Below, in pieces: positions 45,208 to 53,117 of a stretch of DNA of 53,117 nucleotides. The stretch is taken from assembly GCA_016871115.1 (NCBI GenBank), contig VFZP01000001.1, positions 1-53,117 of the forward strand, written 5' to 3'. Position 1 is the first letter of the stretch. Each line of letters opens with the position of its first letter. Position numbers and translations under genes: made by a program. The notes beneath the pieces are model-generated. The model saw only the letters and a list, made by a program, of their open reading frames with translations. It ran no database searches and had not been told where the DNA came from. The stretch comes from Acidobacteriota bacterium. GTDB lineage: Bacteria > Acidobacteriota > Terriglobia > Bryobacterales > Bryobacteraceae.

Positions 45208-45726
45208 ATGGAGCCTTCTACGCAAGACCGCAACACCCAACACGCAGTGGTAGTTTTCGATGGAGAGTGCAGCTTCCGCAACGGCTGGATCGACTTCCTG
45301 TTGCGCTTCGATAAGAACGACGTTTTTCGCTTCAGCGCCCGCCAATCCGAAGCCGGAGCGGCCTTCGCGCTGCAGAACGGGATCCCGCCAGGCGGGACCG
45401 GCTCCATCATCGTCGTCGAAGGCCGGCAGATTCGCCTTCGTTCCGACGCGGTTCTGCGGATGCTCAGTCTGCTCGGGTTCCCTTTCTCGCTCATGGGAAT
45501 CTTCCAGTTGATCCCCGTCGCGCTACGCGATGCTGTCTATGATCTGATCGCCCGGAACCGGAAACGCTGGTTCGGCAAAATGGTAGCGTGCCGGCTCCCT
45601 GCGCCCGCGGAACGGCACCGTTTTTCTCCAGACAAGCCGCGCCGCGCGGTTGTCACATTTGGCGCCGCAGGCGCAGGCGTTGCCTCACTGCCCCGCCCGG
45701 CTGTTCTTGCACTCGCTCAATGGTGA
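45208..45726 (+). CDS. DCC-family (DUF393) thiol-disulfide oxidoreductase-like protein with a degenerate CxxC
   Basis: VVFDGECSFRNGW (DxxCxxR where DxxCxxC is expected), ARQSEAG, RSDAVL, RDAVYDLIARNRKRWFG. The 3' 35 codons overlap the convergent gene and may not be coding. Confidence 0.6.
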   Translation: MEPSTQDRNTQHAVVVFDGECSFRNGWIDFLLRFDKNDVFRFSARQSEAGAAFALQNGIPPGGTGSIIVVEGRQIRLRSDAVLRMLSLLGFPFSLMGIFQLIPVALRDAVYDLIARNRKRWFGKMVACRLPAPAERHRFSPDKPRRAVVTFGAAGAGVASLPRPAVLALAQW

Positions 45727-46060
45727 GCCACGCCCCATCCGCGTCCATGGAACGGCGATCCTCCATCCGGCGTGCGTTGCCGCTCACCTCAGACCGCGTC
45801 TCCACCACAAGCACGGCGCCTTCCCAGAATGCAGCGATCTGGCGCTCACGGCCGCGGATCGTGATCGTCACCGGCGCGCCGCCGACGATCAGATCGCGGT
45901 CGACTGTGATATCTCCGTTCGCGTCCTTCTGCCCGGTCCGGATGCGCAGTTGGGGCTCTGCGTGCGTGATCGTGTCCAGCCGCCATTTCGGCGGCGCCAG
46001 AAAGCCAAACTCACTTTCACTTCGAATCAACTTCCAGATGCCCGTGAAATTCGGCTTCAT
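45653..46060 (-). CDS. Hypothetical lipocalin-like protein
   Basis: MKPNFTGIWKLIRSESEFG... with an all-beta-like pattern. ATG 46060 is preferred to the track start. Confidence 0.45.
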   Translation of the reverse strand: MKPNFTGIWKLIRSESEFGFLAPPKWRLDTITHAEPQLRIRTGQKDANGDITVDRDLIVGGAPVTITIRGRERQIAAFWEGAVLVVETRSEVSGNARRMEDRRSMDADGAWLTIERVQEQPGGAVRQRLRLRRQM

Positions 46061-46220
46061 ACGCCCCGCTCTATGGATGTAGCAGGGCTCTCCTGGAATG
46101 CACAAACTGGCGGAGCGCTGATACGAACCTCATTCGAACGTCCAGGGGATCTGCTTCGGCTGGTGTATACTGGTGACCGGGGCAGCCCCAATCCCATCCC
46201 CCTCGAAGAACTTCGCCGAC

Positions 46221-47489
46221 ATGAACGTTCGCCGCTGCGATCTCAAACGCCGCCGATTTCTCAGAGCCGGCCTTACCACCCTCGCTCTGCCGGCGCTCGA
46301 AGCCTTTGGTGCACCGGAACCGCCGGCGAATCAGGCCCGTACGTTCGTCTCGGTAGGCGCTTACCTCGGCTGGCACGCCCCGGCTTTCTACCCTAAACAA
46401 ACCGGCGCGGGCTACCAGATGCCTCCTCTGCTCGAACCGCTCGAGCCGCACCGCGGCCACTTCACCGTTTTCTCCGGCCTCGATCATCGCGCGCCCAATG
46501 GCCACGACGCCTGGAACAACTACCTCTGCGGCAAGGTTCCCGGCTCCTACTCGCTCGATCAGATGATTGCCGACCGCATCGGCCAGCAATCGAGATTCCC
46601 GTCGATCCACCTCATCGCCGGAGCCAGCGAACACACCAACGGACGCCAGATGAGCTACACGAAAGAAGGCGTCCCGCTGCCGGAGATCGAGCGGCCCAGC
46701 GTGCTCTATAAGCGCCTGTTCATGTCTCAGGCCGATCGCGCGCGTGTCGCCTACGTGCTTTCAAGCGGCAAGAGCGCTCTCGATGACGTTCTCGACGACG
46801 CCAAGCGGCTCCACGCCGGACTGCCTGCTTCAGACCGCGCCAAACTCGGCGAATATTTCGAATCCGTGCGCGGCGTCGAAAAGCGGATGTCCCGCCAGAT
46901 CGAGACCATCGACGAACCGATTCCCCAGCCCAACTACAAGCTCCCCGAAACCGACCCCATCACGCCGAATCTCATGATGGAAGCCGAACAGGTTCTCTAC
47001 GACCTGATGACGCTCGCCATCCAGACCGAGTCGACGAAGGTGATCACCTTCGGGCTCTATGGACTCGGCCAGGTGTTCACCATCGACGGTCAGCCGCTCT
47101 CGGCTGGCTACCATGCGCTGTCGCACCACGGCAACGATCCCGGCATGATGCGCGACCTGGTCAGGCTGGAACGGTCGCACATGTTGCAGCTCGCCGGCTT
47201 CCTGCGGCAACTTCGCGAAAAGAAGGACGCCCACGACCGCCCCCTGCTCGATTCGACCATCGTGCTGGTGGGAACCGGCATGGGCGATGCCAGCCGCCAC
47301 AGCAACCAGAATCTGCCCACGTTGGTGGCGGGCGGCGGCTTCCAGCACGGACGCCACCTCGCCATCGAGCGCAACGCCCCGGACGCGCCCCTGCTCGGCG
47401 ATCTCTACATAACGCTCATGCAGCGGCTCGGCATGGAAGCCAGCGAATTCTCGAACGCCTCCCGCAATCTCAACCACCTGTTCGCCTAG
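46221..47489 (+). CDS. DUF1552 (HXXSHH) family protein with a twin-arginine signal
   Basis: LKRRRFLRAGLTTLALPALEAFG and the family-defining motif in YHALSHHGND. Confidence 0.75.
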   Translation: MNVRRCDLKRRRFLRAGLTTLALPALEAFGAPEPPANQARTFVSVGAYLGWHAPAFYPKQTGAGYQMPPLLEPLEPHRGHFTVFSGLDHRAPNGHDAWNNYLCGKVPGSYSLDQMIADRIGQQSRFPSIHLIAGASEHTNGRQMSYTKEGVPLPEIERPSVLYKRLFMSQADRARVAYVLSSGKSALDDVLDDAKRLHAGLPASDRAKLGEYFESVRGVEKRMSRQIETIDEPIPQPNYKLPETDPITPNLMMEAEQVLYDLMTLAIQTESTKVITFGLYGLGQVFTIDGQPLSAGYHALSHHGNDPGMMRDLVRLERSHMLQLAGFLRQLREKKDAHDRPLLDSTIVLVGTGMGDASRHSNQNLPTLVAGGGFQHGRHLAIERNAPDAPLLGDLYITLMQRLGMEASEFSNASRNLNHLFA

Positions 47490-47491
47490 CC

Positions 47492-50071
47492 ATGACGCGA
47501 TCCATCGTCACTTTGGGCATGGCGGCGATTTCGCTGGCGGCTGAGCCATTACCGCCTGGCCCCGCCGGCGTCATTCGGAACAATTGCCTGGGCTGCCATT
47601 CCGCCGCCGTGGGCAAAGGCGGCATCAACCTGCAGCGCGATGCAATCGACTGGGGCGCGCCTGGCGAACGTGCCCTTTGGGAACGCGCGCTGCGTGCGGT
47701 CCAGCAAGAGCGCATGCCGCCTCCGCCGCTGCCCCGGCCGCCCGCCACCGATGTCCGGACGCTCTCGGCATTCCTCGAAGACAACCTCGCCCGGCACACG
47801 CCAATCGGCGGCGATATTCCGCGCCGCTTGAATGCGGCCGAGTACGAGGCCACCATCCGCGAGCTGTTCAACCTTCCGAAGTTCCGCCTCCCGATGGGCT
47901 TTCCACCCGATATCCAGATGCACGGCTTCGACAACGTCGCCGCCGGTCTGACGATGTCCGCGCCGCTCATGGGGGCTTATACCAACACCGCGTGGGAGAT
48001 CGCCGACATTGTCTTCCCGCCGCCCGGCCGCCAGCCCCAAAAGCGCGCCTGGAAGGCGCCTCCGGACGACATGGTGATCAGCTTCTCCGCCTCCACCGTC
48101 CGTGGTGGCGTGTTGCGCATGGCCTCGCGCGCCGAGGACATCATGCGTAGCTGCACTTGGCCGGCGCGAGTCGAAATTGTCGACTCCGGCGTGTACCGCA
48201 TCGCCGTCGCCGCCTCGCAATTCAAACCGAGGCCCGGCCAAGCCATGACGCTCGAAGTGTGGGCCCGGGAGATCGACGCCACGGACCGTTCGAAGATTGG
48301 CGCGTTCCGCCGCCTGCACACGATGGAAGTCACCTCGCAGTCGCCGGAGACATTCACCTTCGAGGCCGAACTCTATGAGGGGCAAACGCCGCTGCTGCGT
48401 TGGGCCAACGCCGAGCTCGATCACACCAGCGAACAGCTTCCGGCGCTGTTCCGTGAGCGTTTCGCACGTGATCCCCGTTTGCTCGCTGCCTACCTGCACG
48501 CGCTCCACAACCCGGACGGCTCGCCGCGCTCCCCGGCCCGCCTGCGCGGCCGCAATGGCTATGTCCTCATCAACCGCCTGATGCAGGATCCGTCGCTCGA
48601 CATGACCCATGCCGTGCTCGATTCCGAGCGCACCCAGCGCATGCTCAAGATGATCGGCACCACCGGCGGGTTGAACAACCTGCATGACACTCTGGCCCAT
48701 GAATACTTCGATCACGGCCCGTCCTTGCAGATTCACGATCTCGTGGTCGAAGGTCCGCTGGCGCCGGCCGAAGGTCCCAAGGACAAGCAGCGCAAACAGA
48801 TCCAGCGGGCGCTGGCCGGGGTTTCCCCAGCCGGAGTTGCACCCGCCGAATACGCGCGCCGTGTGCTGGACCGCTTCCTGCCCCGCGCGTTCCGGCGTCC
48901 CGTTGATGAAGCTACGCGAGCCAGCTTCCTCAAGATTGCCACCCGCCATTGGGAACAAGGCAACAGCTTCGAGCAAGGCATGCACCTGCTGTTGCGCACG
49001 GTTCTGATCTCGCCTCGTTTCCTGTACCGCGGGATGCAGCCCGGCCTGCTCGACGCCTACGGCTTGGCTGAGCGCCTCGCCTACTTCCTGCGCCAGGGTC
49101 CGCCGGACGAGCCTCTGCTGGAGGCGGCCCGCTCCGGACGGCTGCTGACTCCGGACGGACTGCGCGCCGACGCCGAACGTCTGCTCCCCAGGAAACCCGA
49201 CGCGCCGATGGTCCGCAACTTCACCGGCCAGTGGCTGGACACACGCAAGCTTGCGTCCATCATGCCCGATCCGGCCTTCAACTTTTCCGATGCCGATATT
49301 TCCATGGCGCGGCAGGAGTTGGAGTGGTTCCTCGCCGAGCTACTGGACAAGAACCTCCCGATGGCCGACTTCATCGATCCGGACTTCACCTTCACCTCGA
49401 AGAGCTTCGCCGCCAGGAACTACGGCTACAAAGCAGCCTTCGACGATTCGTCCGGCGAAGCACGGCGAATTGCCCGTCTGCCTCTCGAGCGCGGCGGACG
49501 CCACGGCGGCTTGCTCGGCATGGCTGCGACGATGATCGCCACCGCCAACGGTGTGGACACGCAGCCCGTGCTGCGCGGCGTGTGGATGCTGGACAAGATC
49601 CTGGGCATACCTCCGCCGGCTCCGCCCAACGACGTGCCTGCGCTGACGCCCGGCATCGGCGGCGCCACCACGCCGCGCGAACTCCTCGCCGCGCACACCA
49701 AAGAGCCCCGCTGCGCTTCGTGCCATACCACCATCGACCCGTTCGGCTTTGTGCTCGAAAACTACGATCCCGTGGGCCGCTGGCGCGATACGTGGCCCAA
49801 GTCGAAGAAGCCCATACAAGCCTCGGTCGTATTGCCTGATGGAACAGCCGTGCGCGACGCGGTGGAGCTGAAACGCTGGTTGGTGGCCAACATCGACCTG
49901 TTCTCGGCCGCCTTCGGCGAAAAGCTGCTCACCTATGCCACCGGACGGGCGCCGAATTTCGCTGAGCGCAAGGAAATCCAATCCATCGCCGCGGACATGC
50001 GCCGGACCGGTGGCGGAGCGCGAGACTTGGCGCTTGCACTGATCGGCAGCAAGACGTTCCGGACCAGATAG
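47492..50071 (+). CDS. Planctomycete-type multidomain protein (PSD2-5/PSCyt3, DUF1585/1587/1588/1592/1595 architecture) with a CxxCH heme motif
   Basis: NNCLGCHSAAVGKGGINLQ near the N-terminus. 859 aa. Internal DUF1592-type FLPRAFRRPV and C-terminal DUF1588/1585-type segments (CASCHTTIDPFGF.LENYD..G.WR). The start lies 3 nt after the DUF1552 stop. Confidence 0.7.
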   Translation: MTRSIVTLGMAAISLAAEPLPPGPAGVIRNNCLGCHSAAVGKGGINLQRDAIDWGAPGERALWERALRAVQQERMPPPPLPRPPATDVRTLSAFLEDNLARHTPIGGDIPRRLNAAEYEATIRELFNLPKFRLPMGFPPDIQMHGFDNVAAGLTMSAPLMGAYTNTAWEIADIVFPPPGRQPQKRAWKAPPDDMVISFSASTVRGGVLRMASRAEDIMRSCTWPARVEIVDSGVYRIAVAASQFKPRPGQAMTLEVWAREIDATDRSKIGAFRRLHTMEVTSQSPETFTFEAELYEGQTPLLRWANAELDHTSEQLPALFRERFARDPRLLAAYLHALHNPDGSPRSPARLRGRNGYVLINRLMQDPSLDMTHAVLDSERTQRMLKMIGTTGGLNNLHDTLAHEYFDHGPSLQIHDLVVEGPLAPAEGPKDKQRKQIQRALAGVSPAGVAPAEYARRVLDRFLPRAFRRPVDEATRASFLKIATRHWEQGNSFEQGMHLLLRTVLISPRFLYRGMQPGLLDAYGLAERLAYFLRQGPPDEPLLEAARSGRLLTPDGLRADAERLLPRKPDAPMVRNFTGQWLDTRKLASIMPDPAFNFSDADISMARQELEWFLAELLDKNLPMADFIDPDFTFTSKSFAARNYGYKAAFDDSSGEARRIARLPLERGGRHGGLLGMAATMIATANGVDTQPVLRGVWMLDKILGIPPPAPPNDVPALTPGIGGATTPRELLAAHTKEPRCASCHTTIDPFGFVLENYDPVGRWRDTWPKSKKPIQASVVLPDGTAVRDAVELKRWLVANIDLFSAAFGEKLLTYATGRAPNFAERKEIQSIAADMRRTGGGARDLALALIGSKTFRTR

Positions 50072-50216
50072 CCGCCATCCCGCTTCTTGGCGGCGGGCAG
50101 TTGCCTGCCGCGAAACGCCCGCGCGGGCTCCCTTCCATGGCCGGTCCGATCGACAGTGAAGCAGGGCTCAGGTCGAGAAAGAGCATGAGAAACTGACATT
50201 ACGGCAGCCGCTCTCT

Positions 50217-50414
50217 ATGATGGACCGGATTTTTCCGTACCTGCAGCAACCACAGCCCGGCTCGGACGGGAACTTCTCGGCGGCCCTTGGCATTCCCACG
50301 CTCGACGGGTTGGGCGCGGTGCGCGAAGGTGCGCACGTCCCGCACGAGAGTATTCTGCCGGATCGGATGGCTGATCGCGCAGCCGCACTCGCGGGGATCG
50401 CCGCATGCTCTTGA
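50217..50414 (+). pseudogene. C-terminal remnant of an M20-family peptidase (carboxypeptidase G2-like)
   Basis: PGSDGNFSAALGIPTLDGLGAVREGAHVPHESILPDRMADRAAALAGI matches only the last 50 aa or so of M20 enzymes. No upstream body is present. The stop overlaps the TPR gene start. Confidence 0.55.
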
Positions 50415-51496
50415 CCGTAACCGCGGCGCTTTGGCTTTTCGCGCCACAGGCTGCCGCTCCTCCGGCGGCGCCTGATCCGCAGGTGTTGCAGCATGTCCGA
50501 AAAGGGCTGGCGGCGCGCGAGGCGGGCCGGCTCGATGAAGCGGCACAGGAGCTCGAAGCGGCGGCGAAGCTGGCGCCGAACATCGCGGAGCTTCAGCTCA
50601 ATCTCGGTCTGGTGCACCACCGCCGCGCCGACTACCGCGCGGCGATCTCGGCGCTCGAAAACGCACTGCGGATGAAGCCGGGGCTCGCCGGCGTTCGCGA
50701 CCTGCTGGGTTTCGACGACCTGATGGCCGGCGCCACCGCGCCGGCGCGCGCCAACCTCGAAAAGGCCTTGGCCGAGAATCCCAAGAACATCGATGCACAC
50801 ATCTGGCTTGGCCTGGTGGAGACCGAAGCCACCGAGTACCGCGCCGCGGCCGCGCACTTCGAGATTGCGCGCGAGGCGCGGCCCAAGGAAGCCGATGTGT
50901 TGTTTTATCTCGGCCGCGCCTATGACCGGCTGGCGGCGCAGGCGAGTCACGATCTGCTGGCCGCGGCGCCGGACTCGGCCCGCGCGCACATGGCCGCCGC
51001 TGAGTATGCGGCGTTCAACGGCCGCCCCAAGGAGGCGATCGCGAAGTATAAGCTGGCGATCGCGGCGGATCCGAAGCTGCCTGGTTTGCACGCCACGATC
51101 GGCGAGTTATCCGCCGAAGCCAGTGAGTTCGAACAAGCGGCCGTCAGCTACGAAGCTGAGTTGAAACTGGCTCCGCAGAACTCCCGCGTGCACTACCGTT
51201 ATGGCTTGATGCTGGAGCAACTCGGCCGCTCCGAAGAAGCGGTGCCGCACCTCGAACAGGCCGTAGCCGCGGACCCCACGCTATCCGACGCGCAGCTTCA
51301 ACTCGGCAAGACGCTCTTGCAAAAGGGCCAATTGCCGCGCGCGGAGTCCCATCTGCGGGCCGTGGTGGACGGGCAGGCGCCGAACGAGTTGAAAAGCACG
51401 GCCCACTATCAGCTCGCGATGCTGCATCGAAAACAAAACCGGACGGCCGAAGCCGCCCTGCACATGAAGTTGTTCGAAGAAACGAAGCGCCGCTGA
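50405..51496 (+). CDS. Secreted TPR-repeat protein
   Basis: Signal peptide MLLTVTAALWLFAPQAAA followed by repeated TPR-like A..Y..AL...P units. Confidence 0.7.
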   Translation: MLLTVTAALWLFAPQAAAPPAAPDPQVLQHVRKGLAAREAGRLDEAAQELEAAAKLAPNIAELQLNLGLVHHRRADYRAAISALENALRMKPGLAGVRDLLGFDDLMAGATAPARANLEKALAENPKNIDAHIWLGLVETEATEYRAAAAHFEIAREARPKEADVLFYLGRAYDRLAAQASHDLLAAAPDSARAHMAAAEYAAFNGRPKEAIAKYKLAIAADPKLPGLHATIGELSAEASEFEQAAVSYEAELKLAPQNSRVHYRYGLMLEQLGRSEEAVPHLEQAVAADPTLSDAQLQLGKTLLQKGQLPRAESHLRAVVDGQAPNELKSTAHYQLAMLHRKQNRTAEAALHMKLFEETKRR

Positions 51497-51640
51497 CCAC
51501 TCCGCTCCAGCGGCTCTCATCGGGCCGGCCTTTCGGCTGTCAGGGGGATGGGGATTGTCGCAGAGGCTCTCTGCTGTTGCCGTCACGGCTCGCTCCAGCC
51601 CTTCATTCGGTACGTGACCTTCTCCGCGGCGACCGTTACA

Positions 51641-53023
51641 TCACGCCAGAATCTCTTTCAACACATGCCCATGCACGTCGGTAAGCCGCCGATTGATGCC
51701 GTTGAATTTGAACGTCAGCCGCGTGTGATCCACACCCATCAGGTGCAGAATCGTCGCGTGTAGATCGTAACAATACGTCGGATTCACCGCCGCCTTCCAC
51801 CCCAGCTCATCACTCTCGCCGTACGATACGCCGCCCTTGATCCCCGCCCCCGCCAGCCACGCGTTGAACGTACCGCCGTTGTGATCGCGCCCGCCTTTTG
51901 CCCCCTGCGAATACGGAGTCCGCCCAAACTCCGTGCTCCACACCACCAGAGTATCCTCCAGCAACCCGAGCGCGCCCAAATCCGTAAGCAACGCCGCCAT
52001 CGGCTGATCGGTCGACCCCGCCATCTTCGGCAATTCCTCGGCGATGTTGGTATGCATGTCCCAATTGCCGCTCGCCCCACCCATGCCGCTCCACACCTGC
52101 ACGAAGCGAACTCCGCGCTCGACCAGCCGCCGTGCAATCAGACAGCGCTTGCCGAAATCTTCGGTCTCCTTGCGATCGACACCGTAAAGCTTCCGCGTCG
52201 CCTCGCTCTCCTTCGAAAGATCCAGCGCCTCCGGAGCGCTCATCTGCATCCGCGCCGCCATCTCATACGAAGCGATGCGCACCTCCAGTTGCGCATCGCC
52301 GTTCGATGCCGCCAAGTGACGGCGGTTCATTTTCCCAAGCAGCGCCAGCCCGTCTTTGTCCGCCTCCGACGGCGCGTGAAGATCCGGAATCGGATGCGGC
52401 TTGCCCGCTTCAATAATCGTTCCCTGGTTCCGCGCCGGTAGAAATCCCGAAGTGAAGTTACCGGTCAGGTTGTAGGGCAGCCCGCGCGCATCGGGCAGCA
52501 CGATGAACGCTGGCAGATTCGTGTTCAATGTGCCGAGGCCATGCGAAATCCACGCGCCCATGCACGGGAAGCCAGGCAGAATGTAGCCCGTGTTTTGCAG
52601 AAAACTCGCCGGCCCGTGTGTATTCGTGCGCGCCGTCATCGCCATCAGAAACGCGAGATCGTCCACTCGCTCAGCCAGCTTCGGATACACCTCGCTCACC
52701 CAGCGCCCGCTGTTTCCATGGCGCTTGAAGGCAAATGGCGATTTCATAAACTCGCCCCAGTTCTGCCCGGGCGTATCCACCTGGCTCGCATCCGGCGGCT
52801 TGCCGTGCATCTTCTCGAGCATCGGCTTGTAGTCGAACGTATCCACCTGCGTGGCGCCGCCGTTCATGAAAAGCTGGATCACTCGCCGCACCTTGGCCCG
52901 GTGGTGAAGGCCGCCGTTGAACTCACTCTGCGCGGCAGCCTGATCGTGCCCCATGAGCCAAGCCAGCGCCATCCCGCCAAACCCGCTCGCCGCCTGTTCC
53001 AATGCCTTGCGTCTGGTCATCAT
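51641..53023 (-). CDS. DUF1501 (sulfatase-like) protein with a twin-arginine signal
   Basis: MMTRRKALEQAASGFGGMALAWL, then NGGATQVDTFDYKP and ..WSTEFGRTP..GRDHN. 460 aa. Confidence 0.8.
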   Translation of the reverse strand: MMTRRKALEQAASGFGGMALAWLMGHDQAAAQSEFNGGLHHRAKVRRVIQLFMNGGATQVDTFDYKPMLEKMHGKPPDASQVDTPGQNWGEFMKSPFAFKRHGNSGRWVSEVYPKLAERVDDLAFLMAMTARTNTHGPASFLQNTGYILPGFPCMGAWISHGLGTLNTNLPAFIVLPDARGLPYNLTGNFTSGFLPARNQGTIIEAGKPHPIPDLHAPSEADKDGLALLGKMNRRHLAASNGDAQLEVRIASYEMAARMQMSAPEALDLSKESEATRKLYGVDRKETEDFGKRCLIARRLVERGVRFVQVWSGMGGASGNWDMHTNIAEELPKMAGSTDQPMAALLTDLGALGLLEDTLVVWSTEFGRTPYSQGAKGGRDHNGGTFNAWLAGAGIKGGVSYGESDELGWKAAVNPTYCYDLHATILHLMGVDHTRLTFKFNGINRRLTDVHGHVLKEILA

Positions 53024-53035
53024 CTTTTCGAGGCC

Positions 53036-53117
53036 TCAATTCACATAGAGGAACTCGTTGGAGTTGAGCAGCAGCCGGCAAAAATTGGCCAACCCGTGCT
53101 GCCGTACATGCGCGGCG
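53036..53117 (-). CDS. 3' end of a DUF1553/PSD1-type protein (partial, runs off the window)
   Basis: The minus-strand translation ends ..LANFCRLLLNSNEFLYVN*, the usual C-terminus of DUF1553 proteins. It lies 12 nt upstream of the DUF1501 start. Confidence 0.6.
   Translation of the reverse strand, partial: AAHVRQHGLANFCRLLLNSNEFLYVN

Noticed and set aside
47549-48985. 478-aa minus-strand ORF
   Set aside because: It is antisense to the PSD-type multidomain gene. The composition is typical of a shadow frame.
50071-50094. GCCGCC-N12-GGCGGC hairpin after the PSD-type gene as a rho-independent terminator
   Set aside because: The stem is short with a large loop and no T-tract follows. GC-rich dyads of this size are common by chance in this genome.
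1-53117. Search for tRNA, rRNA, CRISPR arrays, integrases and transposases
   Set aside because: No T-loop or cloverleaf-like segment, no regularly spaced repeats and no recombinase-like ORF were seen. The only tandem or phased repeats are the 18-bp kdsA duplication and the 22-bp pair at 120-166.

Overview
High-GC (roughly 65%) chromosomal segment. Gene content (CarboxypepD_reg-type TonB receptor, GWxTD protein, DUF1501/DUF1552/PSD-type gene pairs) suggests an Acidobacteriota genome of the Solibacter/Bryobacter type, but this is inference only. I recognise about 58 protein-coding loci and no rRNA, tRNA, CRISPR array, transposase or integrase. Left to right: (1) a MoxR AAA+ / VWA / DUF5682 / DUF5691 module of unknown function (93-5514, minus strand). 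(2) A gamma-glutamylation amine (ethanolamine-type) catabolic operon with an APC permease and a TonB-dependent receptor (5.5-14.5 kb). (3) A form-II CoxSLMG-like molybdenum hydroxylase cluster (14.5-19 kb). (4) A 6-kb stretch rich in damaged genes (19-25 kb): frameshifts, in-frame TGA/TAG/TAA stops, truncations and a BlaI repressor with a perfect 32-bp palindromic operator. (5) ribBA with a degenerate GTP cyclohydrolase II half, cbiMQO, dtd, three tandem secreted amidohydrolases, purMN, an H+-pyrophosphatase and a multiply damaged kdsA. (6) Two decayed toxin-antitoxin loci, an accA / small Cys protein / long LOG-family operon, and an imuA-imuB cassette with no dnaE2. (7) Two planctomycete-type pairs of unknown function (DUF1552+PSD2-5, DUF1501+DUF1553) around a TPR gene. 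The best candidate for an undescribed system is the MoxR/VWA/TIKI-TraB-like/HEAT-like module. The most unusual global property is that about one locus in five is visibly damaged. All calls rest on reading the ORF translations and the DNA by eye; no database search was possible.
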